Source of the DNA: the human T2T-CHM13v2.0 reference genome, Homo sapiens
Direction: 5' to 3' (one strand)
Length of the DNA stretch: 64,000 bases
Assembly: GCF_009914755.1 (NCBI RefSeq)
Contig: NC_060936.1
The notes under the pieces were generated by a model. It was not told the DNA's origin. It saw only the letters and a program-made list of their open reading frames with translations, and searched no databases. Below, piece after piece: positions 54,426-64,000 of this stretch (its first letter is position 1; each line of letters starts with the position of its first letter). Made by a program: the position numbers and the translations under genes.

Positions 54426-57411
54426 GATGACCTGGTACCTCAGTTGGAAATGTAGAAGTCATGCGTCTTCTGTGTCGCTGGGAGCTGTAGACTGGAGCTA
54501 TTCCTATTCAGCCATCTTGGAACCCCGAGAACAACATAATTATTTTCAATGCAGCAATAGTAAGTCATAGAGGGTTAGAGAGCAGAGCTAGTCAAACTAA
54601 AGTCATAAGTATCTTTCCCAAGGGAGTCATATTTATTTCTATAGCCACAATCTAATGGTGCCTCTGGCCATTTCTCGGATACAGCTACAGGTCCAGTAAC
54701 CACACAGGGAGCTGGATTAGTGTGTGTACAACTTTTCATGACCAATGAGAAGTGACAGGGCATACTGCCCATGATTGACTGCATATGTGTGTGCACAAAA
54801 ACACCTGTATCCTAGACATGCCAATCAGTTCACCTGCTACAATTCACATTTTCTTTTTGCTTATCCTCCCTGACCACAGCCAAAGACATTTGCTTCAAGA
54901 TACTCCCTGCTCCACCTCCCCAACAAATCTTGCCTCAAGTTGATTAGGCCATTAGTGGCACCTAATAGAAGCCAAAGCCTCCAAAGACCAGACTAAGTCA
55001 ATTAGATTATCCATTTTAACAACAGAGACATGTGTATGTTTATGTAATATCCAGATTTGAAGTCACGTATATTTTAGGTCTGTAAAAAAAAAAAAAACTT
55101 ATGAGTAGTCAAAAGAGACTGATGGAAGAATGATGCAGTTATACCAAGTGATTTAAACACAGTTGTAAGAATTTAATGCTGATAGCAGCACTTGTCTAAC
55201 TATTTTCTCCTTGTTCTTTAGATTTCAACCTCACCATCCCTTCTCCTATGAAGCCTTTACTATTCTCTAAAAATTAGTTGGGTTCTGCATTTAATATGTC
55301 ACCTGTGTTCAATTTTACTATTTCAAAAGTTTTTAGATAATTGGTTTAATGTTAATGTCTATGCTCTTCCCTAAACTGTAAATGCCAAAAGGGCAGAGAC
55401 AATTTCTCATCTATTTTATGCTGCTTAGACAGTGCCTAGCACATAGATAGCGTTCAATATGTATTTGTAGTCAACTCTGACTTGAGAAGAAGGGCTAGTT
55501 ACCTTAATCCTGGAGGCAAGTTCCTGACATGGCCACAGTTAGATACAATCGTACTTTGGATTTTATATCTAAGTGTCCAATAAATGATCGTGTTTTTAAT
55601 TATAATAACCTCACCATTTCTTTCTTGGTTTTGCTTGAATACATTTGTTTCTTGAAAATGAAGAAAAGATTGTTAGGGAGAATGTGGTGAAAGTAAGTGG
55701 TTAGGTGAACAAAGAAGGGAAAGGCCAAAAATTTAGAAAAGTAGAAATTGGATCAGGTAAAATAATAAAAGATATTCAATCATTCATTGCTATATCTTCT
55801 TAAAATAAGTGCAGTTATGATTCTTATATCAACTTTCTATTTTGACCAGCAATTAGAATATCCTTTAACACAAAACAATTTTTTAAATAAGTGGTGAAAG
55901 TTCAAATTGAATAATGATATAGTTTTTTTCATTGACATTTGTTTTTAATCCAAAGAGAAAGAAGTATAAGATTTGGCATAGCCAGAAGTAAGTAAAGAAA
56001 ACTTGTAGGAAGGAACGTTTTATTGAAAAGCTCATTTAGGGGTCTGGCATATTCATTAGAACCTCCTGATTGAGAAAAATAATGGTTTTTAAACCTACTG
56101 TTTAACCTGTCAGCTCAAACGCACATTTCCCCTATATTTCGTGAATTTATTTAGTTGTAAGATATAAATAATAAAGTTCATAAACAAATCAGGATGGTAG
56201 ACAGGGAATAAACAGGTTTCTGTCTAGCACTTTGGAAGGAGTGGTTGCCTAGAACAATTTAAGCTAAGAGATGCCACACCATTGCTTTCCCTGAAATCAA
56301 GCTTTATAGGTGACAGATGGCACAAAATCAATAACTGATCAGAGAATAGCACTTGGCATCTTATCCTGTGGGTGGGTAGAAAAGGGTGTTTAAATTTTAA
56401 GGGAAAAACATAGTGCACAAGCAAGACTGTCATAGAAAGACTGAGAATAAGGCTAAGGAAAAGAGCCATTTTCTTTCCACTTAATGACCAGGAAAGCAGT
56501 GAACCAAAATCTCATTTGCAGCTTGTCAGAGTTCAAGTCAAAATAATTTTATTTCACCTCATTTCCCTAGGATGTACTGTTTAATTTCAAATTACTGCTA
56601 ATATTATTCACATATTTCCTCCCTTCTTGGGTAAATGTCTATGACCATTTCTTTATGTAACTGTATGTGTGGTAGAAAAATCAAGGGCTGAGGAGATAAT
56701 TGGTGTTCAAGCCTCATCTAGGTCGTGATTATTGTTTTACTAGCATTCTCATAATTTATTCATCATCAGGAGAAATATCCTATGATGTCGTCTCTCTGTC
56801 CTTCTTATATCTCAGGCTATTCACGCTAAGCTCATGTTGCCCAGGGCCTGCAGGTCTGTTGCACTGGTGCCACTTCATCCCTTTGCAGCTTGCCTAGATC
56901 TGAGTGCCCCCACCTGTGCTCCAGATCCACCATGGCAAAGCTTCTTCACTCTGTACTGGGTAGGCCACGATGGTAGTTACCAGACATCAAATACAGGAGA
57001 GAATATTCAGAAATATTGAGTGAGAGATGGCCTGTGGGCTCACTCATATGTGTGTGTGCACATATATGAAAAGATGTGTGTGTGTGTGAGAGAGAGAATT
57101 TGACAAAAAGCACTGACATTAGTTGATGTTAACAACAAAATTCAGCAAAGCTCAGAAGCTCTTATATGAATGAGGGACAGTTTATACAAGGACCTTGAAG
57201 AGGTATATGGGTAGCATAGACTCCATGAAGAGAACATTCATTACACCTGTGCAAGGCATAAATCACATTTCCACTCTAAAAAACATGACAAGCAGCCAGC
57301 TGTTTGTCTGTAAAATGGAGATGGAATATTCATTATGTGAACCAAGACCAGGAAAAACAAAAGTATAGTTAAAATGTGCATGTACATGCATGCCTCTGCG
57401 TGATTGTGGGG

Positions 57412-57453
57412 GTGTGTGTGTGTGTGTGCGCGTGCGCGCGCGAGAGAGAGAGA
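57412..57453. repeat. (TG)n(CG)n(AG)n compound microsatellite
   Basis: Directly visible; a (TG)n(AG)n tract also lies at ~57075-57097. Confidence 0.95.
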
Positions 57454-57989
57454 CAGATTTTGTTACTGCTGCTATTCCCTTTCTTCAGAGAAGCTTTCAT
57501 AATAAGCTGTTAAGGCTACAAGAAGGGATAAAGAAAAGGGTGGGGGAAAGCAGTGCAAGTTACTGGAGCTAGTGGTCAGAATGGGGGTCTAGGACCAGTC
57601 CATGTTAAAACATTCAGCTTTTGTTGGAGGACAAGAAACAACATTTATAATATGCCCTGGCAGCAGATATTCCATTGTATTGCCACAATTATGAGATTTG
57701 ACCCCACTTCTAGTTGAAGGGTATTTGAAAATTCCTAAAAGTACCTGGAGTTCCACTTTATGTGGGATTAGGTTCTAAAGGTAGGATTTAAAGTGGAATG
57801 CACAAATATTCAAACTTAGCCAAAATCTTTCTAAATCTTTGTATCAGTTAACTATAGTAGCAAAATAGCTCCAACATTTCAGCAGCTTAAACACAAAGGT
57901 TTCTTTCTTTTTCATGTTAAATGTTAGCTGGATTTGCCTGCTAGAGATCCAGAAATTAAGAATAATGTATATTCCTATCTCTTTCCTTA

Positions 57990-58580
57990 ACGTTCAGATT
58001 CACCTATTTCTCTTCTGTCAGTAAACACTTTTATCCATCTCCACTCCCACTACTTTGGTGCACTGTGAAATCATCATCTTCCTGGGCAAAGGAAAAATCT
58101 CTTCACGGTGTCTCTGCTTCAACTCTCCCCTGTCAATCAATTCTCCCTATAGTGGCAAGGGAGATTTTCTTAAAGAGGTAAGTCTGTAACAGCATCTCTC
58201 TGTTTAAAACCCTCTGTCACCCTGAAATCCTCAAGGTGGCTGAAAAAGCTCTGCTTGATCTGACCCTACCAGCTCCATGTGATGTTCTTTGTTCTTTCTC
58301 TCTCCACCTCGGCCACAGTGACTTCATTTTGTTTCTCAAGTTCTTTGTACCACATCTTTCCTCAGGGCCTTTACACCCAATGTTTGTTATGGCTGAATCA
58401 TGGCCTTCCTTTCCATTTCCACCGGCCCCATGCCTTAGCTGGTCTGTATTTATTTAGAAAGCTTCAGACTGAAAGTCAATTCCTTAGAAAAAGCTCCCTC
58501 CCTGTCAGGCCAGGTGCCCCTGTTCCATTCTAGTGGGGGCTTCTTAGGACTCTTTTTTTTCTAGCACTTACACCAGGTAT
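57990..58580 (+). mobile_element. L2 fragment
   Basis: ccatctccactcccactactttggt...ctctctgtttaaaaccctc...ctttcctcagggcctttacac. Confidence 0.6.
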
Positions 58581-58698
58581 ATGTATCTAAGTACTTTTTG
58601 AAACTTACTGGATATAGAAGTGTGGCCATTTTTGCCATGATCTAAAACAGCTACATGGGGAAAGGGAAGCCCTCATAATACACTAAAAAAATTTTTCC

Positions 58699-58989
58699 GG
58701 CCGGGCACTGTGGCTCACACCTGTAATCCCAGCACTTTGGGAGGCCGAGGCGGGCGGATCACGAGGTCAGGGGATAGAGACCATCCTGGCCAACATGGTG
58801 AAACCCCGTCTCTACTAAAAATACAAAAAAAAAAAGGGCGTGGTAGCGGACGCCTGTAGTCCCAGCTACTCAGGAGGCTGAGGCAGGAGAATGGCGTGAA
58901 CCCGGAAGGCGGAGCTTGCAGTGAGCCAAGATCGCGCCACTGCACTCCAGCCCGGGGGACAGAGTGAGACTCCGTCTCAAAAAAAAAAA
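58699..58989 (+). mobile_element. AluY
   Basis: ggatcacgaggtcagg, accatcctggc, gaatggcgtgaacccgg, ggagcttgcagtgagc; the ttagcc after the middle A-linker is missing. Confidence 0.95.
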
Positions 58990-59580
58990 TTCCACTTTGG
59001 ATATAAAGCTCTTATGGACTCCATATAAGAGTTTACACTGAATATCACAGGCTCCTCAAAACAAATATTTAGTGGGGTCACAGATGCAAACCTGAACCGT
59101 TATATTTATTTCAAAATGAGTCTTCTGGTATAGCAGTTTGAAGACAATTAAGATACGGTAGTAAGCACAAGTACTTTGCAAATAGGCATTTTTTCCTCTC
59201 CTGATAGTGCTTCAATGCTCAGGAACAGGGGACAAATTAAAACATATTTAACTTGTAGAATTACAGCATCTCCTGGGCTTGTCTCTGGACTGTGAAAGGA
59301 ATCATCTGGGTATATTCTGGATTATCTAAGGAATCAAATGGGAAAAGATCTTGGCTGAGTTTCTAGGTACATAGCTGCATTAAACTCCTTTAACCATTAG
59401 CATTAACTTTTCTGCAGGCTTCTAGTGAGGTATGTATGTACATTGACCAAATACATTAATATAATTTATAAGCATTTTGTACGCCTACATTTTGGTTTCC
59501 AAGCAATAGACCATTCTTCTTGTTTAAGCGCTAACAAAAACATTTAAAGACCAACAGTAACAATAGAAATTTATTCTTGC

Positions 59581-60258
59581 TTTGTTATGTCTCTGCCAGG
59601 TTTTGCTATCAGGATGCTGCTGGCTTCATCAAATGAGTTAGGGAGGAGTCACTCTTTTTCTATTGTTTGGAATAGTTTGAGAAGGAATGGTACCACCTCC
59701 TCTTTGGACCTCTGGTAGAATTTGGTTGTGAATCCGTCTCGTCTTGGGCTCTTTTTGGTTGGTAGGCTATTAATTATTGCCTCAATTTCAGAACTTATAT
59801 TGGTCGATTCAGGGATTTGACTTCTTCCTAGTTTAGTCTTGGGAGGGTGTATGTGTCTAGGAATTTATCCATTTCTTCTAGATATTCTAGTTTATTTGCA
59901 TAGAGGTGTTTATAGTATTCTCTGGTAGTTTGCATTTCTGTGGGATCATTGGTGATATCCCCTTTATCATTTTTTATTGTGTCTATTTGATCTCTCTTTC
60001 TTATTAGTCTGGCTAGCAGTCTATGAATATTTTGTTAATCTTTTCAAAAAACCAGCTCCTGGATTCACTGATTTTTTTTGAAGGGTTTTTTTGTCTATCT
60101 CCTTCATTTCTGCTCTGACTTAGTTATTTCTTGTCTTCTGCTAGCTTTTGCATTTGTTTACTCTTGCTTCTCTAGTTCTTTTAATTGTGATGTTAGGGTG
60201 TCGATTTTAGATCATTCCTGCTTTCTCCTGTGGGCATTTAGTGCTATAAATTTCCCTC
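59581..60258 (-). mobile_element. Internal L1PA ORF2 fragment without 3' UTR, inside an MLT1-like remnant
   Basis: Homologous to ~50750-51438 of the full-length L1; flanked by ttattcttgc repeats at 59571-59580 and 60272-60281. Confidence 0.92.
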
Positions 60259-61549
60259 CAGAAAAAAAAAATTATTCTTGCGTGGTTCTGGAGACTAGAA
60301 GTCCAAACTATTTTTTTTTTATACACAACAAAATATTAACAATAGCATGCTAGAAATGAAGTGTGAACTGGCAGGCATTAATGCTTGTACTCCCTTTCCC
60401 CTCACATGTCTCGCCTTTTGTTTCATTTTTAGCCAATGGAGATGTCAAGAAATATATGTTTTTCATTGTGTCTGCAAATAGAGGAAATTCAAGTCTCAAA
60501 TGCAGTGATTTTTCTTTTTTGCCAATATAGAAGTAGCAATGATTATGAAAACACTTTTTACATTCTGAGAAACCACTATGTCCCAAGACATGGCAGTAAA
60601 AAGAAGATAAGGCACACAAGAAAATCATGTCTTTAAGTCATGAACCATTAAGTTCTCATGTACTGGAGGACAGCTGACAAATTGGCCACTTTTAGGACAT
60701 ATCCAGCTGACTCTTGGTGGAGGTTTTATACCCAACCTCTACCGGCATTTTATTTAAAAATTATTTTCCCCAATATTTGCTGTTTATGTTTAGGGACCCT
60801 CAGTATATCCTTTTTTTCTCTCTTAAATAGAATACGGAGTTGATTAACTTTTTGAGTAAATGAGTTAATTGTTCTTGTGAAACAAATTGACTGACACCTG
60901 CAAAAATCTGTGTTCGCTGAAATTCAAGCAGCTGTCTTTCCACAGATAGCCTGGGCCCCAGAGAACATGCCCAATGTGATGCTCAGGGTTTTTTCAAAGC
61001 ATTCTCTCCCTACTTTATTCCTAGAGCTAAGATTGGTATGTTTTTCCTAAATAAACCTCCTCTTTCCAAAAAAAAAAAAAGCATGTGTGAAGCTTCTACT
61101 ATAAAATGCCCATCCTGTCTATAGAGCTGAAGTCTGTCCTGGCTGAAACATCAGATCCTGAGTTTTGTACCTGCAGGCTAATGGTGGACAGAGTTTAGCC
61201 CTTAAGGCCAGCAGATTTCAGAGTTTACTGTTATTACCTTCCTTTTTCATTGTAGAACGTTTATAAGAAAACTCATTAAAAAGCTCTCTACTTAGTATGC
61301 ACTTGTTTTTGCTGCCTTTTGACTGGCAAAGAATACTTTTAGTATTATATAAATCATGTTTTGATTGTCTCTAGGTGTAAATCATATTGACTTAGGGAAG
61401 AATTTCACGTGGTCATGGGATTTGAAGGGGTTTATTTCATCTTGCTGCCCTGAAGTGAGATTATAGTTCACTGCACTGGGCTGATAAAGTCTCTATTGTT
61501 TTAAAGATCATTAGAAAGAAAATCCCAAAACATGGTCTATACCAGAGCA

Positions 61550-61680
61550 TGCTCTGAGACCAGCAGGGATTTTTAGAAATGCAAATTCTCTGACCAACAG
61601 AATCTCAGGTTGTAGGCCAGAATGTGTGTTATAATAAGTCTTCCAGGTGATTTGTATATCTGGGAAGTTTGAAGAGCCTT
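61550..61680. mobile_element. MER5A-like hAT MITE
   Basis: ttagaaatgcaaattctc...agaatctc...aataagtcttccaggtgatt...aagtttga. Confidence 0.7.
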
Positions 61681-61689
61681 GAGCTATAC

Positions 61690-61955
61690 AGTAGAAGCAG
61701 TTGCACACAGTCCATGGTTAAGAGTATAAAATCTGGAGTCAGACTGCCTGAGTTTAAATCCTGTTTGGAAGTCTTACTAAGCTATGTGAACTTGAGTGAG
61801 TTCTCTCTCTCTGCCTTAAATATTCTCATCTATAAAAATAGGATTAAAGTGCCACACTCATAGATTTATTTTTGGGATTAAATGAGTTAGTAAGCATAAA
61901 ACATTTCGAATTGGACTTGGTACATAGTAAGCACAAATATGTATTATTCTCTACT
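61690..61955 (+). mobile_element. MIR
   Basis: tggttaagag...tctggagtcagactgcctgagtttaaatcc...ctcatctataaaaatagg...ggattaaatgagtt...tacatagtaagcac. Confidence 0.8.
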
Positions 61956-62279
61956 ATTAGAAACTTATTCTATTGTATAAAAATCTCTGCAACAGTTTTG
62001 TGTTCACAAACATTTTAGAGGACTCATAGTCAAACCGAAACTTTACTGGAAATCCAAAGAAACCAGATTTTGAAGTAGGAATAATGTTCTGTCATTACTT
62101 ATTCTAATTGAGAATTGCTTTGCTTCTGGCATATTCTGAAGTTCACATGAATTGGGGAGAAAATGACAAATATGAGAGAAAACATATAATGTATAATGTT
62201 ACAGACTTTGCCTTGGCAATCAGAGTGCGTTTGGATCCAAGTTCTGTAACTTATTGGCTGTAAGACTTTATTGACCTTT

Positions 62280-63400
62280 TTTCCTTTATGGGAAGTGCCT
62301 TTTATGTCCGTACTTGCTTATCTTCTAGGTTGCAGATATTTTCTTCCAATAATTTTATAGTTACAGCTTTACTTTTAGATATATAATCCATTTTAAATTA
62401 ATTTTAGTACATGGGGTGAGATATAGATTATTTTTCATATTTTTTTCTTAAGAAGGGTAGTTTTTCTAGAATAATTTCCTGAAAAGAGTATCCTTTCCCC
62501 GCTGAATTACGTTTGCACCTTTGCACCCTCAGTTGACTAAAGTATAGCACAATCCCTGAACTTTTTGTTCGGATTATATCCACTTTACATGAAATTCACT
62601 CAATCTTTATTATTTTAGCTTTATACTAAGTCTTGAAATTCAGTGGTATAATTCCTCCAACTTTGCTCTACTTTAACAAGGTTTTAGCTACTCAATGTAT
62701 TTTATCTTTTTATATAAATTTTAGAATAAGCTTTCCAAATTCCATTTTTAAAAAAGCCTACTGAGATTTGATGGGGTTTACTTTCAACCTGTAGATCAAT
62801 GTGGGAAGAATTGATATCTTAATAATACTTTATCTTCTAATCCATAAACATGGCCATTATCTTTATTTGGGTCTTTCGCAAGTCTCTCAGCAATGTATGG
62901 TGTTTATCAATGTATATATCTTTTACTTACATTGTTAAATTTTTCATAATTAATATTTGGGGCACTAGAAAATAGTAATTTTAAAATTTTATTTTCAGAT
63001 GGTTTTACTAGTTTACAAATATAGTTTTTTTAATATATAGATGTTTATTCTGCTAACTTCTTAATCTCATTATTAATGCTGGTAGCCTTTTGGAGATTCC
63101 TTAGGATTTTCTATAAGGACAAAAATACCATCTACGAAAAGATAATTTTACTTTTTCTTTCCAGTATGTAATTTTTTTCTGGCTTGCTGCACTTCCTAGG
63201 ACCTTCAGTATAATGATCAATGAAATGGCAAATAGATATCCTTGGTATTCTTACTTTAGGGCAATTTTTTTTCTCGCTACTGAAAATAGAATTTTGGTAT
63301 ATTACTGGTAAATGTGGTCTATAGGTACTACTATATTGCATATTAACATTCTCTATTCTCAAAGTTTTATGTAGAAAAATAAAACTCAACTTTATCATTT
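62280..63400 (-). mobile_element. Old L1M ORF2 3' region, highly diverged
   Basis: ccattttaaattaatttt...cctccaactttgctc...tataaattttagaataagc...gtagatcaatgtgggaagaattga...gattccttaggattttcta. Confidence 0.75.
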
Positions 63401-64000
63401 GTATCTGTTCTCAAGCCATTAAGCACAAATAAACTCTTAATAGATAAAAACTGTGCAATGCAGTAATTCAAAAAAAAAAAACAAACCTCCCTTCAGATTG
63501 ATACCAGTTAATCTATACATTGTCATGGATTTGCTGAATTCCATGATATTTCTCTTTGCCGTTAAATAAAAAGGACCCCCTCAAAGAAATAAAGTCGGCT
63601 CTCAAATAAGCAGCCTGTTGTGACTTACGTTGTCACAAACCACCACTTTCTGTAGGTTAAGTGATAATCAGATTTTAAATGCCATGAAAGTGGTAACTGG
63701 ATTTTCTGGGTCTTTCTTTTCATGACTGTTTCTTCAGCACTCAGCACAGTGTCTGATATATCCTGGAATTATAAGTATCTGTTGAAAAATGAAAAACAAT
63801 TTATTCTTTTATTTTTAAAAACAGGAAATCATTTGCTTTAAGTTTTATGTTCTCAGAATCCCTCCCAATCACTATAATTCTATTTTTTTTACATTTGTAA
63901 TATGCAAGGGCATGCACACAAAAATATGAATAATATGAATATCCATGTGCCTACCATCAAGAATATAAAATAAAACTTATTTAGCTTAGTTGAAACTGAG

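Overview
Primate (human or great-ape-like) genomic DNA, AT-rich and repeat-dense. The first ~9.4 kb holds the 3' end of NAV3 (neuron navigator 3) on the + strand: the penultimate coding exon (1272-1475), the last intron, the terminal coding exon (6729-6848, ending ...DSSLESTL*) and a ~2.5 kb 3' UTR with candidate tandem poly(A) signals. The remaining ~55 kb looks intergenic and is made of Alu, L1, L2, MIR, MaLR/ERV LTRs, hAT-Charlie MITEs and microsatellites. It includes a full-length but disabled ~6.2 kb L1PA element (- strand, 48292-54531) with a 16-bp target-site duplication (TSD). I see no prokaryotic-type system, no CRISPR array and no second protein-coding gene, and I cannot support a claim of a new biological system here. 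The most unusual observations are mechanistic: a 5'-inverted (twin-primed) Alu, an orphan inverted L1 ORF2 segment between TSD-like repeats, an open and extended ORF0 in an otherwise dead L1, a THE1 LTR inserted across the terminus of an MLT1 LTR, a template-switch-like junction truncating another THE1/MST LTR, and several hairpins. Repeat subfamily names come from remembered consensus motifs, not from a database search. Boundaries of old repeats are approximate.
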